Source of the DNA: a virus
Taxonomy: Duplodnaviria > Caudoviricetes
IMG/VR virus record: IMGVR_UViG_3300027874_000011
Coordinates: 1 to 64,000 of that record
Strand: one strand, 5' to 3'
Length of the DNA stretch: 64,000 nucleotides
In this document: one piece after another, positions 9,854-20,679 of the stretch
How positions within the stretch are numbered: position 1 is the first letter of the stretch
How the letters are laid out: each line of letters starts with the position of its first letter
Position numbers and translations under genes: made by a program
Notes under the pieces: generated by a model
Seen by the model: the letters and a program-made list of their open reading frames with translations, nothing else
The model's database searches: none
What the model was told of the DNA's origin: nothing

Positions 9854-11946
9854 TGGCCCAGGTACCGCCCGACCTCGACACGCTCGAACTCACCTCCGAG
9901 GGTGGCCTCACCGACACCGGCGACCCGATCCAGATCGAGGCCAATCTCCCCGCGCAGAGCGGCGATGCCATCGTCCCGACGCCAGCGGACTGGGCGAGCA
10001 TGGCGTACGCGGTGCATGCCGACTTCGGCGGCGACGTGGGCGGCGGCAAGATCCCTGTCTCGGCGCTGTCGTGGGAGGAGCAGTCGGGCGAGCTTGCCAC
10101 GCGCATCACCCTCCAGTTCCCCGACTACCCGATGGACGGCGGGCAGCGACTGTCGAAGCTCATCCAGCTTGGCACGCCGCTGACAGTGCTCGCGGCGATG
10201 GGTAGCTCGCCGTTCCAAGAGGTCGCGCGCGGCATTGTGGAGGAGATCGCGCCCAACGACGGCACCGGCGGCACGTTCGAGGTGGTCGCCTACGACCCGA
10301 TCAAGGCCACGCTCGACTCCAAGGTGGATCGCTTCTACGAGTGGGGCAAGACGCCCAAGGATGTGATCCAAGACATCCTGGGCAGCGGCAGCGGCACGCC
10401 AGACGACCCGGACGGTGGTTGGAACGTGCCGTTCGGCCGACTCGACCCGATGCTCGATACGCCCTTCAGCGGGCCGTACACGGTCAAGGCGCAGACCATC
10501 GCGGCGGTGCTGGCCGATTGCGTCAATCAGGCCATGACGCTGGCGGGCACCGACAACAACAACCGCCTGGTGATCCGCAGCACCCTGGGCATGATCGAGA
10601 TCACCCAACCGGGTGGCAACAACCCGGTCTACTGGCTGCGCGAGGACGCCGGTCAGGATGTCTCCAGCGTCAGGGAGCACATCTCGATCACCGACATGGT
10701 GACCCGCGTCCGCGTGACGGGCAAGAGTGTCGCGGACGCCGCGCCTGGGCTGGTCGGCATCCTCGACTCATCACAGGCCAACTACGGCATCACGCGCCAG
10801 GAGATCATCACCCTGACGACGCACACGAGCATCGAGGAGGTCGAGAAGCAGGCGCGCCAGATGCTCAACCAGAAGGGTTCGCCCAAGCACGACCGTGCGA
10901 TTGAGGCTCCCGACGTGCCGATGCTGCGCAAGTACGACATCGTGCGCGTGACGGCGGGCACGATGGACGACCACTTCTACGTCGAGTCGGTGACCCACGA
11001 CGAGGCTTCGCGCAAGATGTCGCTGACGCTCTCGACGCTGCGCTCCGACACGACCAGTGGCGACTCGGGTGTGTGGCACGACGTGCACGAGGACGCCATT
11101 CCTGAAGACAGCACCACGGGCACCTCGGCGGGTGGCTCGACCGTGCTGGTGACGGGTGGCCGCGTAACCGACGCCCAGTTGTACGCGCTGGCGCGCAACG
11201 CGGGCTTCACCGGCCAGGACGCGATCATGGCCGTGGCGATCTCGCTGGCCGAGGACGGGACTTCTGATCCGCAGGCGCGCAACTTCAACCCAGGTCCGCC
11301 GCCGACGACCGACCTGGGCCTGTGGCAGATCAACTCGATCCACTGGGGTCAGGGCGGCATCGGCAGCGAGGGCGATCTGGTCGATCCACAAAAGAACGCC
11401 AACGCCGCGCACATCATTTGGGCCGAAGCCGCCAGTCGCGGACTCAACGGCTGGCAACCCTGGAGCACGTATCCCAACGCCTACAAGAAGTACATGGACC
11501 GCGCGACGGCCGCGTCTCAGGCTCCCGCCCAGGCCGCGCCGACGACCCAGGCGGCGGTGACCGGCGCGAAGGCCGCGCCCAACAGCGCGCTCATCAACGC
11601 CATGAACCAGTGGGTCAACGTGCCGTACGTCTATGGCGGCAACAGCAAGGCGGGTGCCGACTGCTCGTACTTCACCCAACAGGTCTACAAGAGCGTCGGC
11701 GTCAACCTGCCCAGGACGGCCCAGGCTCAGTGGGATGCCACGACCCATGTCAGCACACCGCAGTTCGGGGATCTGTGCTTCTTCCAGAACACCTACCCGG
11801 GCGCACCACCAGGCGTCTCGCACGTGGGCATCTACGTCGGCAACGGCCAGATGGCGAACGAGATCGAGCCGCATACCAAGCTGACCAACATCAACACCCA
11901 GGAGTGGAAGTCCAAGTTGGTCGGGTTCGGGAGGCCGCATAACTGA
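9853..11946 (+). CDS. Baseplate hub (XkdQ-like) fused to lytic-transglycosylase-like and NlpC/P60 domains
   Basis: Hub-like N-terminal ~400 aa, then [10 protein letters not shown]...GLWQINS (lysozyme-like fold), then PYVYGG...DCSYFT...HVGIYVG (NlpC/P60). Confidence 0.85.
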   Translation: MAQVPPDLDTLELTSEGGLTDTGDPIQIEANLPAQSGDAIVPTPADWASMAYAVHADFGGDVGGGKIPVSALSWEEQSGELATRITLQFPDYPMDGGQRLSKLIQLGTPLTVLAAMGSSPFQEVARGIVEEIAPNDGTGGTFEVVAYDPIKATLDSKVDRFYEWGKTPKDVIQDILGSGSGTPDDPDGGWNVPFGRLDPMLDTPFSGPYTVKAQTIAAVLADCVNQAMTLAGTDNNNRLVIRSTLGMIEITQPGGNNPVYWLREDAGQDVSSVREHISITDMVTRVRVTGKSVADAAPGLVGILDSSQANYGITRQEIITLTTHTSIEEVEKQARQMLNQKGSPKHDRAIEAPDVPMLRKYDIVRVTAGTMDDHFYVESVTHDEASRKMSLTLSTLRSDTTSGDSGVWHDVHEDAIPEDSTTGTSAGGSTVLVTGGRVTDAQLYALARNAGFTGQDAIMAVAISLAEDGTSDPQARNFNPGPPPTTDLGLWQINSIHWGQGGIGSEGDLVDPQKNANAAHIIWAEAASRGLNGWQPWSTYPNAYKKYMDRATAASQAPAQAAPTTQAAVTGAKAAPNSALINAMNQWVNVPYVYGGNSKAGADCSYFTQQVYKSVGVNLPRTAQAQWDATTHVSTPQFGDLCFFQNTYPGAPPGVSHVGIYVGNGQMANEIEPHTKLTNINTQEWKSKLVGFGRPHN

Positions 11947-13565
11947 TGCCTGGTGGACGTGGCGGGCTGGTCGGCACCGGTGCCTCGGGCATCGCGGATT
12001 TGCTGCTGTCGATCCAGCCCGAGCAGCACCATCCGCCCGAGTACGCCTCGATGGTGGACGACCAGGGCATCCTGAAGCTCACCCCCGACTCGATGCCCAA
12101 CGTCAAGTTCCCGCCTGGGGATAGCTCGCCAGGTGGCTACTCGGTGCTGCAGTACCTGAATCTGGAGCCTGAATACAACACGGCCACGGCACTCACGGGC
12201 GTGACCATCCAGGGCACGCTGGTCGAGCACTACCACCAGATCCCTGGGACGGCGCTCAAGGACGGCGACCGCGTGGTCATCATGTGGACAGGCTTGTCTG
12301 CGGTGGTCATCGGCGTGATCGTGCCGAGGCCGCTCGACGGCAGTGGATCAGACCCTGGCGGTGGCGGCGGCGGCGGGGGTGGTGGTAGCCAGGGACCAGC
12401 GGGTCCGCCAGGTCCAGCCGGGCCTGCCGGACCACCAGGGCCAGCGGGGTCACCAGGCGCGCCAGGAGCCAACGGTCAGCCAGGTCCACAGGGGCCGCAG
12501 GGTGTGGCCGGGCAGCAGGGTGCCGCAGGGCCGAGCGGTGCGACCGGTGCGCAAGGGGCTGCTGGCAGCACGGGACCAGCGGGTCCGCAAGGTCCGACCG
12601 GGGCGGCTGGACCCCAGGGGCCTGCTGGACTAGGTGTCAACATGAAGGGCACCGTCGCGAGTCAGGCGAACCTGCCTGCCTCGGGCAATACGGTCAACGA
12701 CGCCTGGGTCACCAACGACACCGGCTACATGTGGGTGTGGAACGGCTCCACATGGGTCAATTCAGGCTCAGCACGTGGTCCAGCAGGCCCCACGGGTCCG
12801 CAAGGTGCCAACGGTCCGACCGGTCCGACAGGGCCTGCAGGGGCCACCGGAGCGCAAGGCGTGGCTGGTCCATCCGGACCCCCAGGTGCCACGGGCGCGG
12901 TCGGTCCAGCGGGTTCGACCGGCCCCACTGGGGCCACAGGAGCCACGGGTGCGACCGGCCCGACTGGGGCTGCGGGCGCGACTGGTCCAGCGGGTGCTCC
13001 GGGCGGGTCAGCCATCCACGAGGAGTTCCTACCGCCCAACGCTGGCACGACGGTGATCGTCAGCCAGCTACCGTCTGCCGTCATCTACGTCTCGCGCAAC
13101 GGCGTGGTGCAGTCCGTTACGGACGGCCACTACTCGCTCACCAACCAGACCTTCACCTTCACGACGGCCTTCGATGGCACCGAGCGCGTCTCGGTTGGCT
13201 ATACGGTGGGCGGTATCGGGGGGCAGGGTCCGCCAGGTCCGACAGCGGGCATGCACGAGGAGTTCCTACCCGCGAACGGGGCGCTGACGATAGGACTGGC
13301 GAACCCGGTCACGCTCATCATGACCGTGGCGCGCTCAGGCATCATCCAGTCCCAGGCGGATGGCAACTACTCGCTGTCGGGCCAGACGCTGACGTTCTCG
13401 GACGCCTTCGACGGTACCGAGCGCGTGGTGGTCGCGTACATCTCGAACACCTATGTGCCGCCCTCGTCGGTCGCGGGTGCCATCGACACCAATCTGCGGG
13501 CGTACATCATCCAACTCATGGGCACGGCCGACCCGAACGGTCCGCCACCGGTGGCGGGACCATGA
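11946..13565 (+). CDS. XkdR-like baseplate protein fused to collagen-like repeats
   Basis: N-terminal ...HYH...[19 protein letters not shown] pattern. Two Gly-X-Y blocks. Two C-terminal HEEFLP...RNG/RSG repeat domains. Confidence 0.7.
   Translation: MPGGRGGLVGTGASGIADLLLSIQPEQHHPPEYASMVDDQGILKLTPDSMPNVKFPPGDSSPGGYSVLQYLNLEPEYNTATALTGVTIQGTLVEHYHQIPGTALKDGDRVVIMWTGLSAVVIGVIVPRPLDGSGSDPGGGGGGGGGGSQGPAGPPGPAGPAGPPGPAGSPGAPGANGQPGPQGPQGVAGQQGAAGPSGATGAQGAAGSTGPAGPQGPTGAAGPQGPAGLGVNMKGTVASQANLPASGNTVNDAWVTNDTGYMWVWNGSTWVNSGSARGPAGPTGPQGANGPTGPTGPAGATGAQGVAGPSGPPGATGAVGPAGSTGPTGATGATGATGPTGAAGATGPAGAPGGSAIHEEFLPPNAGTTVIVSQLPSAVIYVSRNGVVQSVTDGHYSLTNQTFTFTTAFDGTERVSVGYTVGGIGGQGPPGPTAGMHEEFLPANGALTIGLANPVTLIMTVARSGIIQSQADGNYSLSGQTLTFSDAFDGTERVVVAYISNTYVPPSSVAGAIDTNLRAYIIQLMGTADPNGPPPVAGP
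12393..13005 (+). repeat. Collagen-like (Gly-X-Y)n repeats, two blocks (~12393-12630 and ~12777-13005)
   Basis: [13 protein letters not shown]... in translation, separated by a W-rich GVNMKGTV...[12 protein letters not shown] domain. Confidence 0.9.
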
Positions 13566-15226
13566 GCCGCCAGCAAGTCCCCACGGCGATGCTGCTGAAC
13601 CTGGGCGTGACCTCGCCCAAGCTGGCGACCAGCCTGACGGTGACTAGCACCTTGTCAGTGAATGGTCAATTGGGCGTTGGCGGTGGCCCTGGGGCGGGTG
13701 CTTCGCTCTACTTCAGCGGCACACCCGCCGGTCACGTCATCTACAGCGCCGCGCAGCCCAACCCTGGTGGCAACAACTGGGAGGTCGATGCACTGGGGAT
13801 CTACGGCGTGCCGGTCAACACGGCCAGCTACACCGGTCTGGACTACCGCTCGGTGTATGTCGCGCCCATCGCTGTGCCATCGGGCTACGCCTACAACTAC
13901 GGCGTCTACATCGGCGCACCAACGGGCGGCTCGACCTCGAACATCGGCCTCTACAACGGCGGTACGACCCAACTCCAGGGCAGCATCGGCGTCGCCATCG
14001 CGCCTGTTCCTGATCGCATGCTCGTCATCTCGGGCACCACGACCACTCAGGCCACCCAGGTCGGCATCAACGTGCAGGCCACGTGCAACTCGGCCGCAAC
14101 GTCTATCGGCATCGGGGTCGCGGCGATGGTCACCACGGCAGCGGCAAGCTTCACGATGTCCCAGGGGATGGCGTTCTACGTCAACCCGCCAACGCTCGGC
14201 TCGGGGTCAGCCATCACCAACTCCTACGGCCTGTACGTCAACAACATGGGCAAGGCGGGTGTGACCAACGCCTACGGCATCATGGTGTTGGCGCAATCCG
14301 GAGCTTCGTCCGCCAACATCGGCATCTACAACCAGGGGCACAGCGTCACGGTTGGGTCGGTGTTCTGTGACGGCAGTGGGGCCAACAACGGGGCGGGCGG
14401 CTCGAACGTCAACTCGGGGACGCAGAATGGGATCTTTTTCGGCGGCAGCGTCAACCAGACGGGTGAGTACATCGCCTCCAACCGTGCAGGTACCACCAAC
14501 CAGTACGGGTTGGACTTCTTCACGGGGTGGGCGCGGCGCGTGTACATCACCAACGCGGGCAACCTGACCCTGGCGTCTGGCATGCAACTCCAGAGCGTCG
14601 ATCAGGACGGTGTGGTGCGCACGCTGATCGGACCGACTGGCGACAACGGGCACCAGATCAATAGCGGGCCGGCGGGTGTGATCTTCGCGAATGCGGCGAA
14701 CAATGTGCGCACTGGCCTTCTGACTGACGGTGGCAACTTCTCGATCAACGGTGACTTCCAGTTTACCGACACCAATCACTACCTGACGCCGGTCAGCGGC
14801 AACCACACGCGCTACGCCATCGGGCCAGGTGGTTACCTCCACTCGTTCGAGATCGCGGCGGCGAGCCACGGCAGCGGCGGGTTGGCGCTCACCCAGGCCG
14901 CAGCGTTCAACGTTGGTTCGGCGCGCGCGCTCAAGGACAACATCCGCCAGATCGAAGACCCGATCTCACTGGTCACCGACGAGAGGCTGCACGGCGTGCG
15001 CTTCGACTGGAGGGACGACGGCAGACCGGGCATCGGTTTCGTCGCGGACGACTGGCTGGAGAAAGTCCCCGAGCTTGTGCACGTCAACGACGGTGAGATG
15101 GCCGAGTATGCGCCGATGTCGATGGACTACGGCGCGCTCGGCGCGATTACCTTCCAGGCACTCAAGGCGTATATCCAGCGCACCGAGGCGCGGATAGCCG
15201 AACTGGAGGCGAAGCTGGCGGGATGA
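13562..15226 (+). CDS. Tail fibre/spike protein with C-terminal intramolecular chaperone (peptidase S74-like)
   Basis: ATG 13562 overlaps upstream stop. SARALKDNI...RFDW...GFVADD...PELV...MDYG...IAELEAKL chaperone signature. Confidence 0.85.
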   Translation: MSRQQVPTAMLLNLGVTSPKLATSLTVTSTLSVNGQLGVGGGPGAGASLYFSGTPAGHVIYSAAQPNPGGNNWEVDALGIYGVPVNTASYTGLDYRSVYVAPIAVPSGYAYNYGVYIGAPTGGSTSNIGLYNGGTTQLQGSIGVAIAPVPDRMLVISGTTTTQATQVGINVQATCNSAATSIGIGVAAMVTTAAASFTMSQGMAFYVNPPTLGSGSAITNSYGLYVNNMGKAGVTNAYGIMVLAQSGASSANIGIYNQGHSVTVGSVFCDGSGANNGAGGSNVNSGTQNGIFFGGSVNQTGEYIASNRAGTTNQYGLDFFTGWARRVYITNAGNLTLASGMQLQSVDQDGVVRTLIGPTGDNGHQINSGPAGVIFANAANNVRTGLLTDGGNFSINGDFQFTDTNHYLTPVSGNHTRYAIGPGGYLHSFEIAAASHGSGGLALTQAAAFNVGSARALKDNIRQIEDPISLVTDERLHGVRFDWRDDGRPGIGFVADDWLEKVPELVHVNDGEMAEYAPMSMDYGALGAITFQALKAYIQRTEARIAELEAKLAG

Positions 15227-16344
15227 GCGTCCAAGTCGTCCCGACCAACTCGCTCAAAGACCTGGGCGTGACCTCGCCCAAGCTCGCCGCCAGCGTTGGC
15301 GTCACGGGCAATCTGAGTGCTGGTGGCGACGTGGTGATCGGCGGCAACTACCGCTTCGGTGCGGCTAACAGTCCCGAGACGATCTGCAAGAGCGCGACTG
15401 GCATTCTGCGGGTGACGGCTGGAATGCAGATCGACAGCACGGTTGGTGTCGGTACTCCTCCCGCCAACAACGTCGGCGTCTACATCACGGGCAACCTGAA
15501 CTTCCAGCAGACGGGGCAATACGGGATCTTCTGTAACCCGACGATTACCACGGCGGCGACGGCGGGTGCCTACGGGATTTACACGTCGCTAGTGACGGCG
15601 AACAACCTCGCGACGAGTGGGTTGAACACGATTGCCGCAGGGCCTCCGACTCTCGGCTCTGGTACCAGCGCGACCAACATCAACGGTCTGTACGTCGCCA
15701 ATCAGGGTGCAGCGGGCGTCACCAACGCTTATGGCGTCTATGTCGTGTCGCAGGCTGGTGCGAGCGGCGTGAACTTCGGCATGTACGTCAACTACACCAG
15801 CGCGTTGACGGGCGGGCCGTACGCACCTGGCAGCGCGGTCTTCAACAACACTTCGACGGGCAACGGTACGGCCAGCCTCATCACCATCAGTTGTGGCGGC
15901 TACAACCAGTGGGGTGTCGGCTTCGGCACGATCTATGGCCTTTGGTGGCACGCTTTCATTGCCAGCAGCCAGATCCAGTGGGGCTTCGACGGTTCTCGCC
16001 TGCGATTGGCGAGCGACACGGGTTGGAACGCACTGACCTTCCAGAATGGCTGGACGAACTACTCGTCCCCGTATGGACCCGCTGGCTATCGCAAGATGCC
16101 TGACGGGATCGTCCTTCTCCGTGGCCTCGTCCAGGGCGGCACCGCCGGGGTGATCTGTACGTTGCCAGCCGGGTTCCGGCCGGCTCAGACGCAGCTTGTG
16201 GTGGCAGCGATAAACGGTCCCGGTGTCTTGCGTCTTGACGTTACGTCCGCCGGAAATGTCCAGACGATGGAACTGCTCTCGGGCGTCAACAGCATGACTG
16301 GTTGGATCTCGCTCAACAACATCGCGTTCCTGGCAGAAGGATGA
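15223..16344 (+). CDS. Tail fibre protein
   Basis: Shares [10 protein letters not shown]-terminus and GVTNAYG module with 13562. C-terminal NGWTNY...YRKMPDGIVLLRGLVQGG fibre-tip domain. Confidence 0.7.
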   Translation: MSVQVVPTNSLKDLGVTSPKLAASVGVTGNLSAGGDVVIGGNYRFGAANSPETICKSATGILRVTAGMQIDSTVGVGTPPANNVGVYITGNLNFQQTGQYGIFCNPTITTAATAGAYGIYTSLVTANNLATSGLNTIAAGPPTLGSGTSATNINGLYVANQGAAGVTNAYGVYVVSQAGASGVNFGMYVNYTSALTGGPYAPGSAVFNNTSTGNGTASLITISCGGYNQWGVGFGTIYGLWWHAFIASSQIQWGFDGSRLRLASDTGWNALTFQNGWTNYSSPYGPAGYRKMPDGIVLLRGLVQGGTAGVICTLPAGFRPAQTQLVVAAINGPGVLRLDVTSAGNVQTMELLSGVNSMTGWISLNNIAFLAEG

Positions 16345-17705
16345 TGGACGTAGCTGCGCCCTACGAGGTCGAGGTCCAGCCCCAGGTAGCGGTATCGCTC
16401 AACACCGTCACGTCGCTGCCGCCATCCAGCCCCAAGGCGTTCCAACTCAGCGGCGACGGAGTGTTCAACGGCAACCTGGGTGTGACCGGGCCGCAAATGG
16501 TCATCGGCACCAGTGGTGTCACGACAGGCTATGGCCTGTACGTCAGGCCGTCGCTCACGGGTGCGGCTTTCCAGATCGGCGTCAACTCCTCGCCGGTGGT
16601 GGACGCCACGGCCACGTCCTGGGGAGCAGGCGTGTACGGGGGTGTCAGGACGGCGGCGGCGAGCTTCACCCTTAGCTCGGGCTTCGCTTTGGCAGCAGCC
16701 TCACCGTCGCTCGGCGCTGGCTCCTCGATCACCTCGATGTACGGCCTGTACATCTACAACCAGGGCGCGACAGGAGTCGCCAACGCCTACGGCGTCATGA
16801 TCGCCAGCCAGTCGGGTGCGACCACGACCAACATGGGCCTGTGGAACCAGGGCACCACGCGCCTGGATGGTCAGGTCAACGTCAACGGCATGACCCAGTT
16901 CAGCCAGCCGGTCAGCATCGGCAACCAGGCCGCAGTCCAGACGGTTGGCCTGAACATGGTGGTCAACCTGCAGGGCCAGGGCGTCAGCGGCGTCGGTGCG
17001 GATCAGGTCTGCCAGAAGATCGTCGGCGTGTTCTCGTCGGTGGCGACCTCGGGCATGGGTCTGTACTTCCAGCCTACCTCGGGCAACAGCAACACCTTCT
17101 CCAGCATTTGGGCTTTCTACATCGACGGCTCGAACCTGGGCACCAGTCCCGTCACCAACTACTACGGGCTGTATGTCAGGAACCAGGCGCGGTCGCAGAC
17201 CACCAACACCTACGGGATCTACATCGAGAACCAGTCAGGCTCACCGACGACCAACCTGGGCCTCTACAACGGCGGCACAACCCTACTGATGGGGGCGGTC
17301 GGGGTCGCCATCGCGCCAGTGGCGGGCCTCACTGCACCAGCCCCCATCGCTATTCCCAACGGACTTGCGCTGGACAACAGCAACGGTCAATCGCAGGCTG
17401 GTCAGCTACTCGCTCCGGGCGCAACGTGGACGGCTGTTCCGAGCAACTTCTCGGGCCTGGTCGTCGTGGACGAGACAATCGCACTCGGCTACACAGCGAT
17501 GTTCTTGATGGGTGCTGGAGCGTCCACGCTGGTAGGCCAGAACCCGAGCAACGCCACCCAGTGGTCCGCCACGCAAGGGCATGCCGGGTCGATCAACATC
17601 TACTTTGGTGCTCCTGCAAATGGCTACCCGGTGATGGTCGAAAATCAGTTGGGTAGCAACGTCCGCGTCAGCTTGATGGCTTTCAGATTGAGGTATTCGG
17701 CCTAA
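16341..17705 (+). CDS. Tail fibre-like protein
   Basis: ATGATG overlap with upstream stop. Two copies of the YGLY..NQ...NAYG/NTYG...TTNLGL.N.G module shared with neighbours. Confidence 0.65.
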   Translation: MMDVAAPYEVEVQPQVAVSLNTVTSLPPSSPKAFQLSGDGVFNGNLGVTGPQMVIGTSGVTTGYGLYVRPSLTGAAFQIGVNSSPVVDATATSWGAGVYGGVRTAAASFTLSSGFALAAASPSLGAGSSITSMYGLYIYNQGATGVANAYGVMIASQSGATTTNMGLWNQGTTRLDGQVNVNGMTQFSQPVSIGNQAAVQTVGLNMVVNLQGQGVSGVGADQVCQKIVGVFSSVATSGMGLYFQPTSGNSNTFSSIWAFYIDGSNLGTSPVTNYYGLYVRNQARSQTTNTYGIYIENQSGSPTTNLGLYNGGTTLLMGAVGVAIAPVAGLTAPAPIAIPNGLALDNSNGQSQAGQLLAPGATWTAVPSNFSGLVVVDETIALGYTAMFLMGAGASTLVGQNPSNATQWSATQGHAGSINIYFGAPANGYPVMVENQLGSNVRVSLMAFRLRYSA

Positions 17706-18070
17706 TGGCGAACTACACGATCAGCGCGACCGACGATGAGGATGCCGCCATGCGATGGGCGACCACCGAGTACAACACGGGCAACCCGGACCAGGCCGAC
17801 CTGGGCGTCGAGCAGTTCGTGCAGCAGGCCGTGCAGATGCTGTTCGAGGGCTACGCCAGGTCGTACCAGCAGAGCCAGAGCCAGTTCACCGCCGAAGATC
17901 TCGAAGCGGCGTACCGTTCGGCCGACGCCGACATTCAGCAGGGCGCGCTGGCGCTGGCCTTCAATACCGTCACTCCTGAGATCCGCAACCAACTGGCGCA
18001 CATGCTCAAGGCCGAGGTCGGGGCGGGCGTAGCCGCCAGACCACCACTTCCAGATGAGGTCAAGTACTGA
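17705..18070 (+). CDS. Hypothetical protein (possible fibre assembly factor)
   Basis: Coupled TAATG start, GC3-rich coding pattern. Confidence 0.55.
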   Translation: MANYTISATDDEDAAMRWATTEYNTGNPDQADLGVEQFVQQAVQMLFEGYARSYQQSQSQFTAEDLEAAYRSADADIQQGALALAFNTVTPEIRNQLAHMLKAEVGAGVAARPPLPDEVKY

Positions 18071-18471
18071 TGAAACGCATCCCGATGCGCACCATCCACG
18101 ACGAGCACTTCCCGCCCGGCACACCCGAGTTCGCGCAGAGCGTCATGGTGTGGGCCGACGTGATCCGCCAGGTCATCCGCCGGCCGATGGACCCATCCAA
18201 GGGCGCGGACATCGAGGAGATGCGGCGCGGCATCCGCGTGCTTGACGCGGTGGACAGGGCCGGCCAGTACCTCGAACTCGAAGACGCCGACTACGAGCAC
18301 CTCAAGGAGAAGACCAAGCTCATGCAGTGGGCCTTCGTGGACCGTCGCCTGGTGACGTTCATTGACGACGTGAACAACGCCACCGAGGAGATCCCCGAGT
18401 CACCCAACGGCCACCCTGCCATTCTGGACACGGCGGCTCCTGGCTGGCCTGACGTGAGCACGGTCCGATAA
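18070..18471 (+). CDS. Hypothetical protein (possible fibre assembly factor)
   Basis: Coupled TGATG start; stop TAA lies inside palindrome copy 2. Confidence 0.55.
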   Translation: MKRIPMRTIHDEHFPPGTPEFAQSVMVWADVIRQVIRRPMDPSKGADIEEMRRGIRVLDAVDRAGQYLELEDADYEHLKEKTKLMQWAFVDRRLVTFIDDVNNATEEIPESPNGHPAILDTAAPGWPDVSTVR

Positions 18472-18480
18472 CCGGTTATC
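18467..18480. promoter_or_regulatory. Palindrome GATAACCGGTTATC (copy 2; extends to CGATAACCGGTTATCG)
   Basis: Perfect palindrome, 4 nt upstream of GTG 18485. Confidence 0.6.
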
Positions 18481-18484
18481 GCTA

Positions 18485-18952
18485 GTGCCCAACCTGTACG
18501 CCCCGACCTACCCGCCGACGTGGACCGTGCCAGATCCGGTCCTGCAGCGCATGACGCCCGCGCCGACGACCATCCGTGCGGTGACGTACTCGTTCAACCC
18601 GATCTTCCGCGACTTTCAGGTGGACGGCACTGGCGACGTGCCACTCACCGACGCGGGCGCAGCGGCGGTCCAGTGGGCGGCGAAGGCCGTCTCGACGCAG
18701 CGCGGGGCGCACCTGATCTACGGACGGACGTTCGGCGCTGACATTCGGACGTGCCTGCTGGCCGGCTCGCACCAGGCAACCGAGAACGCGCTCACCGTCG
18801 AGATGCGCCGCGCCGTCAAGCGTGACAACCGCATCTCCGACCTGACGGACTTCCAATTCGCCTGGCAGCAGACGATGCTAGAGGTCGCCTACCGCGTGGT
18901 GCTCACGGACGGCCGCTCCAAGCAGACCCAACTGGACATCCCACTGCAATGA
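18485..18952 (+). CDS. Baseplate wedge/sheath initiator (XkdS / DUF2634 / gp25-like)
   Basis: QWAAKAVSTQRGAHLIYGRTFG...DNRISDLTDFQF motif. Directly before baseplate J. Confidence 0.8.
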   Translation: MPNLYAPTYPPTWTVPDPVLQRMTPAPTTIRAVTYSFNPIFRDFQVDGTGDVPLTDAGAAAVQWAAKAVSTQRGAHLIYGRTFGADIRTCLLAGSHQATENALTVEMRRAVKRDNRISDLTDFQFAWQQTMLEVAYRVVLTDGRSKQTQLDIPLQ

Positions 18953-20679
18953 CCTTCACCACCAGCGTCTACACGGGCTACGACACGACTCTGCCCCAGT
19001 CGGTCATCAACCGTCAGAGCGATGCCAACTTGCGACTGGCGGCGCTCTCGGCGTTCTCGCTGCTCGCCCCAGGCATGGACACGGTGGAGGGCAGCTTCGC
19101 GTTCGACCTGATCGAGCCGTTCTGCCTGGTGCTCGCCCAGGCGTACGTGGACCTCATCGACGTGGAGCGCCGCAACTCGCTGGCGACGGCCACGGGCCTG
19201 GATCTGGACCGCATCGGGGATCTGTACGGCGTCACGCGCGGGCCAGCGGCGTTCGCCACCGGCACGGTGACCTTCACCGGCTCACCCGGCAGCGTCATCC
19301 CAGGGCCGAGCGGCAACAACGCGGGCACCGTCGTGTGCACCCAGGGACCAGGGGCGGTCTTCTTCACCACCCAGGTCGCGGCGACCATCCCTGCTGGCGC
19401 GAACCCGGGCACCGTGGACGTGCCGGTGACGGCCAACAACGTGGGGGCCAACGGCAACGTGCCGGCTGGCTCGGTAACCCTGTTTGGGGCCAGCGCGCCG
19501 ACCGGCATCGCCTCGGTCACCAACAACTCGGCCTTTATCGGCGGGGCCGACATTCAGATTGACGGCCCGCTCAACCAGTACTACTCGGGCTACCGCTCGG
19601 ACATCTACATCCTTGAGAACACGCGCGGTGAGGGCGGCGCGGCCAAGCACCTCCGCAAGTGGGCGCGCTCGGTCAACGGCGTCGGCGGCGTGCACGTCCA
19701 AGAGGTCACGCCCGCGCCAGGATGGGCGACAGTCGTACTCCTGGGCGTCAACGGTCAGCCCGCTTCGGCGGATCTGGTGCACGCGGTCGAGGCGACCATC
19801 TTGGACCCGCACTATCTGTACAACGAGATCGAGGCGGCTCCCTTCACGCTGTCGGGTTCGGGCGCGACCATCGTCACCCTGGCGGACGCCACGCCGCTCG
19901 GCGGCACCAACAATGCCGTCCGACTGACGGGCACGGTTGCCAGCGCGATTCGTCATCCGCGTCTGGACCTGATGCTGCCGCAGCCCGGTGTGTGGCGGCT
20001 CAAGCCGCGCTGCAAAGTTAGCTCGACGCTGAACTCGACGGCGCTGGTGAGCATGGGCGTGTGGGACATCAACACCGGCGCGTGGTGCTGGACGCGACCC
20101 AACAACAACGGGGCCTCGTGTCTGACGACGTTTGCGGCCAACCGCTTCTCGACGGCGTTCGTGCAGCCTGACATCGACCCGATCAGCGTGGACTTCGCCT
20201 GGAACGGCATCGACCAGATCGAGCTTCACATCGACCTGGGCACCGTGGGCGTCAACGACGGGCCGGGCACACCGGTGGATACGACTACCAGCCTGTACAT
20301 CGACCAGATCAACTACTTCGCCACCATGAGCCGCGACGACCGCGACCTCGGTCTGTCGCCAGCGGGCATGCGCGTCAACGTCATCCCCGCGCTCGGCATC
20401 ACCGTCAACATCACCGCCACGGTGACCTACCAGTTGACCACGGGTCAGACGATTGCCCAGGTCAACGCCAACATCGCCACCAACCTGCAGACCTACTTCG
20501 CGCAGATCGCCTTCGGTGCCGACGAGACGGTCAGGCGCGCCGCCGTCGAGCAGGCGATCTACACCACTGGCGGCGTGGGCGACGTGAACAACGTGCTGCT
20601 CAACGGTTCGACGGCCAACATCCAGATCGGCCCGACCCAGGTCGCGGTCATCGGCACCCTGAACTGGACGCAAGGATGA
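18949..20679 (+). CDS. Baseplate J-like protein (XkdT/gp47-like) with internal insertion
   Basis: EGSFAFDLIEP, ATATGLDLDRIG, ATGTVTFTG, KWARSVNGVG and C-terminal GVGDVNNVLLNG motifs. Confidence 0.9.
   Translation: MTFTTSVYTGYDTTLPQSVINRQSDANLRLAALSAFSLLAPGMDTVEGSFAFDLIEPFCLVLAQAYVDLIDVERRNSLATATGLDLDRIGDLYGVTRGPAAFATGTVTFTGSPGSVIPGPSGNNAGTVVCTQGPGAVFFTTQVAATIPAGANPGTVDVPVTANNVGANGNVPAGSVTLFGASAPTGIASVTNNSAFIGGADIQIDGPLNQYYSGYRSDIYILENTRGEGGAAKHLRKWARSVNGVGGVHVQEVTPAPGWATVVLLGVNGQPASADLVHAVEATILDPHYLYNEIEAAPFTLSGSGATIVTLADATPLGGTNNAVRLTGTVASAIRHPRLDLMLPQPGVWRLKPRCKVSSTLNSTALVSMGVWDINTGAWCWTRPNNNGASCLTTFAANRFSTAFVQPDIDPISVDFAWNGIDQIELHIDLGTVGVNDGPGTPVDTTTSLYIDQINYFATMSRDDRDLGLSPAGMRVNVIPALGITVNITATVTYQLTTGQTIAQVNANIATNLQTYFAQIAFGADETVRRAAVEQAIYTTGGVGDVNNVLLNGSTANIQIGPTQVAVIGTLNWTQG

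Noticed and set aside
12393-13005. CRISPR-like or DNA-level repeat array
   Set aside because: The periodicity is 9 nt and encodes Gly-X-Y collagen with variable codons. There are no constant repeats with unique spacers and no cas genes.
13562-17705. Diversity-generating retroelement (repeated fibre segments as TR/VR)
   Set aside because: The repeats are in-frame paralogous protein modules with differences at all bases, not adenine-specific. No reverse transcriptase or non-coding template copy is present in the window.
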